Positions 49,202 through 63,200 of a stretch of 64,000 nt of DNA are shown one piece after another. Source of the DNA: Squalus acanthias (lineage: Eukaryota); contig CM059432.1 of NCBI GenBank assembly GCA_030390025.1, positions 85,438,001-85,502,000 on the forward strand, read 5' to 3'. How positions within the stretch are numbered: the first letter of the stretch is position 1; every line of letters starts with the position of its first letter. Made by a program: the position numbers and the translations under genes. The notes under the pieces are model-generated. The model was given only the letters and a program-made list of their open reading frames with translations. It was not told the origin of the DNA and searched no databases.

Positions 49202-49993
49202 GGGCTGGATTTTGTCAATGGGGACGTGATAGAGGCGGGACTCCCACTTTTTGGGTTGTAGTCCCGCCTCCATCGACTTGTGGCCAACCCACTGTATTTT
49301 CCCTTGATTGACCTTGTTAAGCCCGCCCAGCGGGCTTAGCAGGCCAATCAAGGGTCCCTTGGATACAGGTGACGTCAGCCATTGAAATTTCATCGGTCAA
49401 GAACTGTCAAACACTGACAATATGATTTCTAACGTGAGTCCCTGTACTTAGATTCAGTTAGAAATCAATCCAGCACAGAAAGCAGAGACTGCAGCTTTTG
49501 ACAGCTCCGCGGCCATTCTGCTTTCTGTGCCGGTGAGCTGAGGGACTCCCGAGACCTGAAGGAAGGAAGCCTGCAGGACAAAGTTAAGGTAAGTACAAGT
49601 TCTTAAAACACTTTACACACACCAAACACACTTACCTCTGCACTCATGCACCCATCACTCACCTGCACACCGGACATCTCGACCCCTCCAAGCCCTCCAG
49701 ACCGACGGTCTGCCTCGCTAAATCGGCATGGTTCGGACCTGTCGGGAAGCCCACACTTCAGGGCTAAAAATAGTGATTAGGCAAAAAAACTGCCTGTTAA
49801 CTACCTGTTAACAGGCAGTTTATTGGCACTAATCCCCTTCCCGCCTCGGGGAGGCGGGTCCCAGCACAGGTCGGGAACCCGCATCCTGTGAAACTGACAT
49901 GGAGGCGGGATGGGTTCGGGACCCCCGAATCTGCAATTTTAATCCCCCACATGCCTCCAAACCCGCCTCCACGGGTCAATGAAAATTCTGCCC
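49202..49993. mobile_element. Harbinger-type MITE
   Basis: GGGCTGGATTTT / AAAATTCTGCCC; AAA TSD. Confidence 0.85.
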
Positions 49994-50547
49994 AAAGTAT
50001 TTAAGTTAAATTGAAAACTAAGTAGTTGTAGGTGTATGTCATGTTGGTGGTGTTTGGTCGAGCACTAACTTTTTAGCTCAGTTATTCTTTTGATCTGTAA
50101 ATTGGCAAACAACAGTGCTTCTTTACTCCTTGTCTAAATCTTGCAATGATTAAAATTACAGAATGCTGAAAATAATACTTTGTGAAATTTGCTTACCATA
50201 GACCTTTGAGCTTCACAGTGAGTAACCAGTATAGTGAATGTGTCCTAAGTAAAAGCTAGAGGGTTGGAAGAATAGTCAGCGTGAACCAAAAAACAATTTT
50301 TAAAGTGGATTTTTATTCAGAACGATACCTTCCAAATATAAACATTGAATTCTACTGCAGGTGCTCCACCTGCTTCAGTCTTCCATATAAATGTAGTATT
50401 TGTTTTGTGTAGACATTGGTAACAGTTTACTCTAGAAAATCTATTATGTTAATCCATGAAAAACTGTCAAAGGGGTCAATTCAGTTTGACTTAGGTTTCT
50501 TTCCCATAGATGCTTCATCTGCTCATTGCAGTGAAAAAATGCTCAGT

Positions 50548-51179
50548 GGCCTAGAAATTGGATGGCATCCAAATTGGGTTGCCATCCAGGTTCTTTATGC
50601 GCCTAAAGCGGCAGGTGGCAGGACCATGGCAAATTTGTTTATTGCAGGCAAGCTACGGGCACCAGTCTCAGCCCCAGAGGCAGCTCGCCGGTCGTGCTGG
50701 GGTAGCAAGCCACCACGGACACCAGCCAAGGACCTAAGGAAAGGCAATTAGGGAGGGAAGCGAGTGGTGGCCGGCAGCGGCCCGTGGATTTAATGTAGAA
50801 CCGGGATGAGTACTCCTGCTCCTCCCGGCTCCACATACATGGAAGACATTTTTTTAAACACTTACCTCTTTGGTGGTGGCCTCCAGCAGTCCCTTTAAGG
50901 TAATCCTGAACAAAGAAGGACTGATGCCTGCTGCACTCAGTATATGCCAGTTTCCGGTTTGGATCCTAAAACAGGCATTAGGCCCATTATTAGCATATTC
51001 AAGGGGACTAACACCTGTTTTAGTGGCCACTAGGGACGTCTCTACAGCGTGCGATCCAGTATGGCATCGGCCATGTTTCCGACACTATTCAGGCGTGGGA
51101 CGTTCTCCCCCTAAATTGGACCTTTTTAAACCAGTTTTCCACGTGGGAAATGGCCACAGTATGATCCAATTTCTAGGGC
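50548..51179. mobile_element. Harbinger-type MITE
   Basis: GGCCTAGAAATTGGAT / ATCCAATTTCTAGGGC; TSD not preserved. Confidence 0.75.
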
Positions 51180-51216
51180 AAAATCTTCCTAGATAAATTC
51201 CTTCTGTTAAGATATT

Positions 51217-52083
51217 GGGCAGAATCTTACCTGGAAGGCCGAGCTCGAGGCAGGACTGCTGGTTTTCGGGTTCCAGTCCCACCCCCAGCGACATCTGACG
51301 AAGTGACACTATTTAGCCCTGATTGGCCTTGTTAAGCCCGCCCTGCGGGCATGCCGGCCAATTAAGGGAAAGCCAGTGTCAGATGACATCAGTTGATGAC
51401 GCTTCATCTGCTGGTTTTCTTAAAGGCATATGCACCACACTTGTTTGACAGATGATTTGACAGTGTTTGACAGCATTGAGGTGCTGTCAAATAATGACAA
51501 TCACTGTCCAAAGGTGAGCCCTTGCACCCAGACTCTCCAATTACTCTCTCCTTAGGATAAAAAAGATGGCAGCTGCAGCTGAGATTGCAGAAACCATCTG
51601 TCACTTCTCCCGATGAGATGAGCCTACACAAACACTTCACAGCTTGTCACCTGCAGAAACATCTAAACACATTAAACATTACTCTCATAACTTTTCCTTA
51701 CCTTTGCAACTCACCAGAGTCCCATTGAATCCTTTAAACCACTTCTGCAGCTGTCATATATACACAAAAATTACAGTAGACCCACATCACGCCTCACTTA
51801 CCCTGGTGGGGTTCCCCGACGTCAGGAATCCCGCAGCAGCAGTGGAAAAATGGGAAAAAGCCTCTTAACTGCCTGTTAATTACCTGTTAACAGACAGTTA
51901 AGTGGCTGTAATCCTCTTCCTGCCTCTAGGAGTCGGGACCCTGTGCAAATCGGGGACCCAACTCCCGGGAAGATTGGTTGGAGGCGGGTTGGGAGTGGGT
52001 TTGGGACCAGCTCCCATTTTTGGGGATTTTCCCAACAGTCCTGCCTAGAGACCCACCTCCTCCGGGCTGGTAAAATCCAGCCC
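51217..52083. mobile_element. Harbinger-type MITE
   Basis: GGGCAGAATCTTACC / GGTAAAATCCAGCCC; ATT TSD. Confidence 0.85.
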
Positions 52084-52931
52084 ATTGAATTTACACCCAC
52101 ACATACCAAAAACCTTAATTAGTCAATGTTTTAAGTTCTTCCTTGTCATTAAGCTGCATATAGGTGGAAGGCTTAGAATCCTATAAAGCTGCTGTGTCAT
52201 TCTTGGTGCATTCAACCCTGTGTGGGTGAAGTGATTAAAATCAGTAGTCATTCAATTAACACACCAAATGTTAGCAGATATAATTTGATCCTTCAAAGTT
52301 ACTTATGTGCTAAAGCAAAAAAACAGAATTTTTTTTTGCTTTTCCAATTCATGATATTTGTACATCAGAGATTTTTCTGAAGTTGTGTGTTTCTAATTCT
52401 GAATTCAGTAACCCATAAGCTGTTTAAATGAAGAGCAATCCAAAGCTTTCAATTAATCTTCTTACTGCAGTCCAGCCAGATGTTCCAAGGACTGCAGGAA
52501 AGCGCAGGTCATGGCTCCTTGTGTTGATATATACATGCCAACCTACAAAACTCTGAAAAGCTGAAGAACAGCTTCAAAAACCTGGTTTAAAAAAGCTGAC
52601 AACTCAAAAAGTACCGTGTAACTGAAAAACAGCTCTGAATAAAGGCCAGTGATCAAGGCTACTGCTTCGAGGCAATTGAATAAAATTAAATAGGATTTTT
52701 ATTACGTTGGATTTCTACATACCCTGAAAACTTTGTACACATGCAGCACAGTCAAAGTCTCAGGCTTTACGACACTACATATTATATATAGATCCTGACT
52801 TTGAGAGATGTTCACCCATGAAAACAATACTCCAATATCGGTAGCCTTATGTTTACCAGTTGAAACTCCAGGGAGCTATTAACTTCATGAAACCGAGGGC
52901 GACATTAACTTCATGAAACCCCAGGGTGACA

Positions 52932-53120
52932 TTGACATAGATGCATTTAAGGAGAAGCTAGATAAGTCTATGAGGGAGAAAGGAATAGAACGATGTGTTG
53001 ATAGGGTGAGATGAGGTACGGTGGGAGGAGTTTTGTTTTGAGCATAAACACTGGCACAGACCTTTTAGACTGAATGGCCTGTTTCTGTGTGGTAAATACT
53101 ATGTAATACTATGTAATGTT
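52932..53120 (+). mobile_element. CR1 3' terminal fragment
   Basis: AFKEKLDK codons; tail repeats of TACTATGTAA. Confidence 0.65.
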
Positions 53121-53148
53121 GTATGAGCAGTCACACTTGGGAGATACT

Positions 53149-53821
53149 GGGTCCAATAATAACTCAGAGCCGGGAAAAGAGCGGGGGGTGGAGGGTGGTG
53201 GTGGGAGATTTTCGGAAGGGAAACCAGGAAGTATGAGTTTAACATTTTTTCAGCAGATTTCCCGCCCACCAGCCAGCCAGCCAGATTGACAGGCTGGCTG
53301 TGTGTCAGGCGGGCAAGCAGCTCGGGAGCGGATTTCAGCTAAGTTCGACATCGTGGGGGTGTGGTGAGAGGAATCAAACTTCATGGGGGTTGGTGGGGGT
53401 GAATGGTACATCGCGGTGAGGGCATCAAACATCGGGGGGGGGCAGGTTGGCCGATCGTGGGGGTCCGATCACATGGAGGTAAGCTTGATGGGCCAGGGGA
53501 AGCACTCCTGCTTCTCCTGGCCCACAAGCAGTGCAATAAAGGCACTTAACTCATGGATTTGGCCCTTCTTGTGTCCTTTCATCGATAGGATTCCCGATGC
53601 TTAGGAATCCCGGCCTGCAGGTGGTAAAATTAAAACTTGAGTTAAAATGGAGGCACACAGCCTCCTTAAAAGATTTTAGTGACTGACCCGCCTCCTGAGA
53701 GCGGATTAGTCGCCTGCCCCCATCCCTCCTCCGTTAAAAACAGAAGTGGGAAGGTTGGGGTCGGGTTTCCCTTTTTAAATTTTTAACCCCCCACCCACCC
53801 TGGTGGGTTAAAATTACCCCC
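53149..53821. mobile_element. MITE, paralog of 701-1398
   Basis: Colinear similarity; end GGGTTAAAATTACCCC. Confidence 0.7.
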
Positions 53822-54588
53822 GCAGGGTCTGAATGTGAAAATCCCAGATCTAGCAGTTTTAATGCTGTCTTTTTAGAAATCACTATCAGAGTGATTTCAG
53901 TAGCAGCTTGATACAGGTATAGCATTAACTTTTTAAATGGGACTTTTGGTTCATTTTTTGCTTGTTCCTGCTGCCAGTGTTGGCTAAGATCCTGGAGTCG
54001 CAGTTTAGTGAACTGATACAGCTCCGCACAGCCAGAGATGCCACAGGTTCCCCCATTCCAACCTGGCTAAGATGAAAAGCTTTAGAATCTGCAAGCACTT
54101 ACCTGTCTCCCTCCAGCACATGGAGGTGAGGCAGGCTGGGAGATGGCTGAAAACAGCACAGAAGCTACTTTCCCTACCATCCCAATGGTGACTCCAAATC
54201 CTGGCTTCTCCCTCTAATGGTGAGCTATGGGGCTATCTCAATAGCAGAGTAATTTTGAATCCCCACAGATTTCCAGTACAAATGTGAATGCACATGAAAT
54301 GCAGTTAGCATCAATGGTATCAGCATAATAAGTGAACTGTTGGCATGTATGGTTGCGGGAAAGCACTCTGCATGGCAGGCTTGATTTTTGTTGCATCAAA
54401 TAATTGTTGGTTATTTAAAGAGGTACCATTACAGTTTTTGGGCGGGTTCTTTGTGTTTATGAGTTGCCTTGTTAGATGCTGGGAAAGCTTTTGTTGCAAC
54501 AAATATAAATACTGCAACAAAAACTGTTACAATGTGGTTTTCATGTGCCTTTTCTAATTTTTTCATAAACTTTGAATGATAACATAAC

Positions 54589-54920
54589 GGGAGAGATTTT
54601 AAACTACCTCCAGCCTGAAAAACAACAGAGGAAAATCTGCTGGGGACCTTGGGGACTTTATTTGCCTGCCTGATTTAATTTTCAGACAGGCCTTTAAATC
54701 GAAGCCCAGAACTCTCACTCAGAACAGGCGGGAGGCTGTTTAAATATGCAAATCGGAGTCCTAACCTGGTTGTAGGGCCCCAATTGCAATTTATGTGTTG
54801 AAATGCTCGGAGCATGCAAAGTGAGTGGCCTAACCAGCAGTCCTTAAAGGGTCTGCTGGAGGCCACCCCAACAAGGTAATTTTTTTTTAGCTTTTTGTGG
54901 GGCCAGGAGAAGCATTAATA
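54589..54920. mobile_element. Truncated MITE end
   Basis: GGGAGAGATTTT start; ATGCAAAT, CCTTAAAGGG and donor-like AAG|GTAATT. Confidence 0.45.
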
Positions 54921-55104
54921 CATTCATAACATGAACATTCATTACATGAGTGGTTGCAACTATGCAACTGGAAAACCTACCTTTCAGTGCCTAAATCACA
55001 AATTCAAATTGGCCACATCCCAAATGCTGACTGAATGTAGCTTGTTTGCTTTTCAATGCCATGGGCAACATTTACAAAGGAAACCAAACAGAACTGAAAA
55101 GAAA

Positions 55105-55540
55105 AGAAAGAAAGACTTGCCTTTATATAGCGCCTTTCATGACCACCGGACGTCCCAAAGCAGTTTACAGCCAATGAAGTATTTTTTGAGGTGTAGTCAC
55201 TGTTGTAATGTAGGAAAGACAGCAGCCAATTTGTGCACAGCAAGCTCCCACAAACAGCAATGTGGTAATGACTAGATAATCTGTTTTAGTGGTGTTGATT
55301 GAGTGATAAATATTCTTTGAAATAGTGCCATTGGATCTTTTAGGTCTACCTGAGAGAGCAGACGGGGCCTCAGTTTAACATCTCATCTGAAAGATGGCAC
55401 CTCTGACAGTGCAGCATTCCCTCAGTACTGCAGTGGAGTGTCAGCCTAGATTTTTGTGCTCAAGTCTCTGGAGTAGGACTTGAACCCACAACCTTCATGA
55501 CTGAGACGTGAGGGTGCTACCAACTAAGCCACAGCTGACA
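55105..55540 (-). mobile_element. Deu-domain SINE with TSD
   Basis: A box TGGCTTAGTTGG, B box GGTTCAAGTCC; direct repeat AACTGAAAAGAAA at 55092-55104 and 55549-55561. Confidence 0.88.
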
Positions 55541-55837
55541 CTACTAAAAACTGAAAAGAAACGAGACAATTAAACAAAACTTAAACTCTAAGATTTAGGG
55601 AAGAGATAGAACTACACATTCTGCAAGGCGAGTCAGCCACATAGAAGTGCTGATTGAGGAGCCACTATGTGAAGATGGGGGTCAAGAAAAGGAGGCTATC
55701 CACACCAAATGTGAATGGTTGACAACTAGGTTGATGATAGTTTTGCTGCACAAAGACTACTTCAATCTATCTGCTAATCTGTACATAGTCCAGCAGAGAC
55801 TTCATGCAATATAATCTGGAGGAAAGATAGATATTTG

Positions 55838-56082
55838 TTGGAGCCTGCTCCAACATTCAATAAGATCATGGCTGTTCTTCGAATGCAACTCCACTTTCCC
55901 ACCTGATCCCCATATCCATTGATTCCCTTAGAGTCCAAAAATCTTATCTATCTCAGCCTTGAATAAAATTAACGACTCAGCATCCACAGCCCTTTCGGGT
56001 AGGGAATTCCAAAGCTTCACAATTCTGAGTGAAGAAATTCTTCCTCATCTCAGTCTTAAAAGGCCGAGACTATACCCCCTAA
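55838..56082 (-). mobile_element. CR1 3' fragment
   Basis: Reverse-complement match to about 32800-33040. Confidence 0.75.
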
Positions 56083-56692
56083 TATTTTTTCTTCTGTTCG
56101 TTCATGGGATGTGGGCGTCGCTGGCAAGGCCAGCATTTATTGCTCATCCCTAATTGCCCTTGAGAAGGTGGTAGTGAGCCACCTTCTTGAACCGCTGCAG
56201 TCCATGTGATGAAGGTACTCCACAGTGCTGTTAGGGAGAGAGTTCCAGGATTTTGACCCAGTGATGATGAAGGAACGGTGATATACTTCCAAGTCAGGAT
56301 GGTGTGTGACTTGGAGGGGAACTTGGAGGTGGTGCTGCCCTTGTCCTTCTAGGTGGAAGAGGTCACGGGTTTGGGAGGTGCTGCCGAAGAAGCCTTGGCG
56401 AGTTGCTGCAGAGCATTTTGTAGATGGTACACACTGCAGCCACGGTATGCCGGCGATGGAGGGAGTGAATGTTTAAGGTGGTGGATGGGGTGCCAATCAA
56501 GCAGGCTGCTTTGTCCTGGATGGTGTCAAGCTTCTTGAGTGTTGTTGGAGCTGCACTCATCCAGGCAAGTGGAGAGTATTCGAGCACACTCCTTACTTGT
56601 GCCTTGTAGATGGTGGAAAGGCTTTGGGGAGTCAGGAGGTGAGACACTCGCCGCAGAATACCCAGCCTCTGACCTGCTCTTGTTGCCACTAT
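56083..56692 (-). mobile_element. Third LINE family, 3' end
   Basis: YKAQVRSVLEYSPLAW; paralog of 16860-17692. Confidence 0.85.
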
Positions 56693-57849
56693 TGTACTCT
56701 TGGCTCAAAGATGAGTGTGCTAAGCTGAGCCACAGCTGACACCTACACAGCAGATCCATCAGCAACGTTTGTGGACTCTTCATCGGAACTGAAAACTGGA
56801 TGATAAGCAAGCCTTTTTATAGGGCTGAACAAACTAGGTAGACCTGCTGTGTATTTCCAAAATTTCCAGTTTTTATTTCAGATTGTTAACATTTGTAGGT
56901 TTTTTTTAAACTGAACCTGTCACTTGTATTTTACTATAGCATTATTCAGAAGAGCTAGGTAAAAGCTTTAATTCTGATTTACAGTTGGACCACGAGTAAA
57001 CCCCCACTGAGTCACTCTGAATACAGATCTGGAGCATATTCTCTCTGTAGACATTGGAATCCAGCTGCACAAGCATCCAAGATTCATAGAGTTCTTGTCA
57101 TGTCACCAGAGTGTCATTCTCTGTTTCCAGGAAATACATGGCATGAATGAAATGCACCATCTGGGATAATTCTGAATCCAAATTTATACTGTCTTGACAT
57201 TGGAATGATATTAATAGAAATTTGCACTACAAGGACGGATCGGGAGGCTTTCACAGAGCGGAGGGGAAGAACCCAGGGCAGCAGTGACCCAAACTCCTGC
57301 TCCTCCTGGCACTACGGAGATAAATTTTAAATTTACCTGACACGGGTTCCATTGGGTGTCTGTCAGATTTTGCTAAGCGGAGTATGCGCGGTAGATGATC
57401 CACTCAGTAGTCAAAGTCTGGACTGTAGTTGTCTTATTTTTAAAATGCAAATGTTCTGTGACTGGTTTTAAAGGAACAGTTATCAAAAACTAGACAAAAT
57501 GCTTATTTTTTTGGTCACGAATGTATTAATACAGTTATATGTAATTATTACATCCACTATTTTAATGAAAGCAATAACCCATTTAAAATAAAATGAGTAA
57601 ATCCCTTTTTTTAAATAGCAGACTAAGGAATTTCATACAAAAGCATTATCACGTTCATTAACAATATTGTAGCATGAAAATTCAACAACTCGGTACTTCC
57701 CAAAAGGGGGTTAGGGGAGAGAAAATCACAAGTGAATTAACATGAGCTGTTCTCATTCATCTCCCAGGAGCTCATTTCAGAGCTGTGGATATCTGAACAA
57801 TAGCACATAGGTTGGGTGCAATAATTGTAGAAGCAGGACTCTATAAGTA

Positions 57850-58110
57850 CTAAAACAAAAGCAAAATATTGCAGATGCTGGAAATCTGAAATAAAAAGAG
57901 AAAATGCTGGAAACATTGCATCCCCCTCCAAGGCAAGTATATCTTTCCTTCGGAAAGGTGACCAAGACTGTGCATAGTACTCCAGGTGTGGTCTCACCAA
58001 AGTCTTATATAATTGCAACAAGACTTCCTTACTCTTGTACTCCAACCCCCTTGCAATAAAGGCTAACATACCATTTGCCTTCCTAATTGTTTGCTGTACC
58101 TGCATGTTAA
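57850..58110 (-). mobile_element. Penelope 3'-terminal scrap plus CR1 fragment
   Basis: Match to about 22088-22146, then RKANGMLAFIARGLEYKSK. Confidence 0.7.
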
Positions 58111-58329
58111 CAGCGCATGCATGGGTTTCCTGGGCTTCCTGAAACTTGCCATTGAAACCAAGATGAGAAGACTAAATGGCAATTCCTGGGGCTCATTAAA
58201 AGTCAGGCATACAACATCAATAAATATTCAGTGCTCACAGCTGCTTTCTTACCTCCCAATGGAAAAGGGTTTGTTGAGAGTACTTGTGATGAGAGACTAA
58301 TTTGTGCATGTTAGAGGTATTGAGACTCA

Positions 58330-58762
58330 GATTAGGATTGGTGGCACCTTGGCTACCTTAGATTGGACCTCGGACGAGGCGCAAGATGCCCAACAGCAGC
58401 AGCAACAGCCTGCTGTGGAGAGACCTGCAGCTGGTGAGCAGAGAGGGGAACACCAGAGGGATTGAGCTCGCAGGAGGCACTACCTGCAAAACATGGTGTT
58501 CAGGCAAAGGCTCAGCTTCCTTGACCTCTCGAAAGAGCAGTGCTTCCGGAGGCTCAGATTGTCGTGTCAGGCGGTGGCAGACATCTGAAGCATCATAGAA
58601 GAAGACTTGCTCCCTGCTGGACCTAGTGGCCACGCATTACCAGTGGCTGTGAAAGTGACCACTGCCCTCAACTACTTTGCCTCCGAATCTTTCCAGGGTG
58701 CTACCAGAGACATATCGAGGATCTCCCAGTCGGCTTCACACAAATGTATAAGGCAGGTGACT
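58330..58762 (+). pseudogene. Harbinger transposase N-terminal fragment (different family)
   Basis: VFRQRLSFLDLSKEQCFRRLRL, LPVAVKVTTALNYFASESFQ, CIRQVT. Confidence 0.8.
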
Positions 58763-60219
58763 TGGATAATCTATCATCAGAACTCCACTCTATAAGTAAC
58801 CTGGAGTAATTAAAAGCACAGCCAGTCAACAAATGAAAATTAGGAGCACTGAGTAGAGGTGCTCAAAAGTCAATATTGTGATTTTATAGATTTTTGTTGC
58901 TGGTCCTCATCATTGAAAAGAGGATAGAATATGTATTCCTGTATATCTTGCGTTGTATGAACACTTTCTGTTAGACAGAAAAAAAACACTTTATTATGAG
59001 AATCTTGTATGTTTTGTAGCTAGGCCAATGGGATGCACATTCATCATCATCATTCTTTAAATGGTGAACTCAGCCATGAGGGAAAGGCACAAGCTGAATC
59101 AGTGTGCATATGCATATAGGGGGGCAAAAATCAGAAAGTGAGTCATCTGGACCACTCTCCTGATGGCCAGTTATAGAGTGGCAATATCAGTGATCAGGAA
59201 GGCGTTTCGATTCATGGGGCACTGGCACCAGTACTGGTGAAAAAGGGAGCTGTTCTGTTGGGAGGGACTCCACATAAACCGGGTTGGGACCAGTGTCCTG
59301 GCGAATCGAATAACAAGGGCTGCAGATAGGGCTTTAAACTAAAAAGGGGAGTGTCAGGTGAGGGGAATTTCGAAATCTAAAGAGAAAAGTCAAGGCAATG
59401 GAGCAGTGTAGCGATTTGGGTAAAAATAAGCAGTGTGACAGGAAGGGACAGAGAGTTTAACTGTAACAGTACTTCAGTGAATAAGGTGAAAGCAGGGAAT
59501 AATGGTAAAACATTTAAATTAAAGGCTCTTTTTTTGAATGCACGAAGCATTCGTAACAAGATAGATGAATTAGTTGCACAAATAGAGATAAATGGCTTTG
59601 ACGTAATAGCCATTACAGAGAAGTAGTGCAAGGTGACCAATGTTTAAGAAGGACAGACAAAAAGGAAAAGGAGGTGGCGTAGGGCTGTTAATAAGGGATG
59701 AGATCGGTACGGTAGAGATAAAAGATCTTGGCTTGGCAGATTGTGATGTAGAACTGGAATCAGTTTGGGTGGAGCTAAGAAACAGCAAAGGGCGGAAAAC
59801 ATTGGTGGGAGTTGTGTATAGGCCACCAAACAGTAGTGGAAATGTAGGGCACAGAATCAATCAAGAGATTAGAAGTGCATGTAACAAGGGCAATACGGTA
59901 ATCATGGGGGACTTTAATCTACATATTGACTGGGCAAATCAAATTACCCCTAATGGTGTGGAGGACAAATTCTTGGAATGCATGCGAGATGGTTTCCTGG
60001 ATCAGTATGTGGAGGAACCAACCAGGGGACAGGCTATTCTGGATCTGGTACTGTGTAATGAGAAAGGGCTAATCAATAATCTTGTGGTAAAGGGGCCTTT
60101 AGGGACAAGTGACCATAATATGATTGAATTTTATATTAAGTTTGAGAGTGATGTAGTCCAATCTGAAACTAAGGTCTTCAATCTAAACAGAGGAAACTAC
60201 AAGGGTATGAGGGACAAGT

Positions 60220-63200
60220 GCTAGTCAGAGTAGAAATAGGAGGATATTTCAAATGAATACGTGGCTAGAGGAATGGTGCAATGGGGAGGGATTCAAATTC
60301 CTGGGACATTGGAACCGGTTCTGGGGGAGGTGGGACCAGTACAAACCGGATGGTCTGCACCTGGGCAGGGCCGGGACCGCTGTCCTAGGGGGAGTGTTTG
60401 CTAGTGCTGTTGGGGAGGGTTTAAACTAAAATGGCAGGGGGTTGGGCACCTGAGCAGGGAGACAGAGGAAAGAGTGTCAGGAAGGGACAGAAGGTATGGA
60501 TTAAAAGGTAAAGTGTTAAAAAAGGAAAAAGCAGGAACTAAGTGTCACAAAACATATTTGAAAGTTCTGTATCTGAATGCACGTAGCATTCGTAACAAAA
60601 TGGACGAGTTAACGGCACAAATAACTACGTATGGGTATGATCTTGTGGCCATTACAGAAACATGGCTGCAGGGTGACAACGACTGGGAATTAAATATGCC
60701 AGGGTATTTAACAATCAGGAAGGACAGGCAGGAAGGAAGGGGAGGTGAGGTGGCTATGTTAATAAAGGAAGGAATCACTGTAATACAGAGAAATGATATT
60801 GGGTCAAAGGATCAGGATAATGAAACAGTTTGGGTGGAGATAAGGAATAATAAGGGGAAAAAAACACTAGTGGGAGTAGTATATAGGCCTCCTAATAGTT
60901 GCAACTCTGCTGGAAGAAGTATTAATCAGGAAATAGTTGGGGCATGTAATAAGGGAACAGCTATAATTATGGGGGATTTTAACTATCATATTAACTGGAC
61001 AAATCAAATTGGGCAGGGCAGCCTTGAGGAAGAGTTTATTGAGTGTATTAGGGATGGATTTCTTGAGCAGTATGTAACTGATCCTACAAGGGGGCAAGCA
61101 ACCTTGGACCTGGTCCTGTGTAATGAGTCAGGATTAATTAATAATGTCCTAGTTAAGGATCCCCTTGGAATGAGTGACCATAACATGGTTGAATTCCATA
61201 TCCAATTAGAGGGTGAGAAGGTTGGTTCTCAAACAAGCGTACTGAGCTTGAATAAAGGAGACTATGATGGTATGAGAGCGGAATTGATTAAAGTGGACTG
61301 GGAAAATAGATTAAAGGGTAAGACGGTACATGAGAAGTGGTGTTCATTTAAGGAGTTATTTTACAACTTTCAAAAAACATATATTCCACTGAGGAAAAAA
61401 GAGTGTAAAAGAAATGACAGCCATCTGTGGCTAAGTAAAGAAATTAAGGATAGTATCCGACTAAAAACAAGGACATATAAGGTAGCCAAACTTAGTGGGA
61501 GGATAGAAGATTGGGAAGTATTCAAAAGACAGCAAAAAGTAACTAAAGGATTGATTAAGAAAGGGAAGATAGATTATGAAAATAAATTAGCAAAAAATAT
61601 GAAAAACAGATAGCAAGAGTTTCTATAGTTATATCAAAAGAAAAAGGGTGGCTGAGGCAAACGTAGGTCCCTTAGAGGATGAGACCGGGAAATTAATGGT
61701 GGGAAACATGGAGATGGCAAAAATGCTGAACAAATATTTTGTTTCAGTCTTTACGGTAGAGGACACTAAGAATATCCCAACACTGGACAAACAGGGGCCT
61801 CTGGGGGGAGGAGCTAAATACGATTAAAATCACGAAGGAATTGGTACTCAGTAAAATAATGGGACTCAAGGTGAATAAATCCCCTGGACCTGATGGCTTA
61901 CATCCTAGGGTCTTGAGGGAAGTGGCAGTAGGGATTGTGGATGCTTTGGTAATAATTTTCCAAAATTCCCTGGACTCAGCAAAGGTCCCGGCAGATTGGA
62001 AAACTGCTAATGTAACACCCTTATTTAAAAAGGGTAGTAGGCAGAAGGCTGGAAATTATAGACCAGTTAGCCTAACATCTGTGGTGGGTAAAATTTTGGA
62101 GTATATTATTAAGGAGACAGTAACGGAACATTTAGATAAACATAATTTAATAGGACAAAGTCAGCATGGCTTTATGAAGGGGAAGTCATGTCTGACAAAT
62201 TTGCTTGAGTTCTTTGAGGACATAACGTACAGGGTGGATAAAGGGGAACCAGTGGACGTAGTGTATTTAGACTTCCAGAAGGCATTCGACAAGGTGCCAC
62301 ATAAAAGATTATTGCTCAAGATAAAAAATCACTGGATTGGGGGTAATATTCTGGCATGGGTGGAGGATTGGTTATCTAACAGGAAGCAGAGAGTTGGGAT
62401 AAATGGTTCATTCTCGGACTGGCAACCAGTAGCCAGTGGTGTTCCGCAGGGGTCGGTGCTGGGTCCCCAACTCTTTACAATCTATATTAACGATTTGGAG
62501 GAGGGGATCGAGTGTAACATATCAAAGTTTGCAGATGATACAAAGATGGAAGGGAAAGTAGAAAGTGAGGAGGACATAAAAAACCTACAAGGGGAAAGAG
62601 ACAGGCTGGGTGAGTGGGCGGAGATTTGGCAGATGCAATACAATATTGGAAAATGTGAGGTTATGCACTTTGGCAGGAAAAATCAGAGAGCAAGTTATTA
62701 TCTTAATGGCGAGAAACTGGAAAGTACTGCAGTACAAAGGGATCTGGGGGTCCTAGTGCAAGAAAATCAAAAAGTTAGTATGCAGGTGCAGCAGGTGATC
62801 AAGAAGGCCAACGGAATGTTGGCTTTTATTGCTAGGGGGATAGATTATAAAAACAGGGAGGTATTGCTGCAGTTATATAAGGTATTGGTGAGACCGCACC
62901 TGGAATACTGCATACAGTTTTGGTGTCCATACTTAAGAAAAGACATACTTGCTCTCGAGGCAGTACAAAGAAGGTTCACTCAGTTAATCCCGGGAATGAG
63001 GGGGTGGACATATGAGGAGAGGTTGAGTAGATTGGGACTCTACTCATTGGAGTTCAGAAGAATGAGAGGCAATCTTATTGAAACATATAAGATTGTGAAG
63101 GGGCTTGATCGGGTGGATGCGGTAAGGATGTTCCCAAGGATGGGTGAAACTAGAACTAGGGGGCATAATCTTAGAATAAGGGGCTGCTCTTTCAAAACTG

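Noticed and set aside
56760..56795. Fourth hammerhead motif (minus strand)
   Set aside because: Core and stem II are broken (CCGATGA...ACAAACGTT); at most a decayed PLE remnant.
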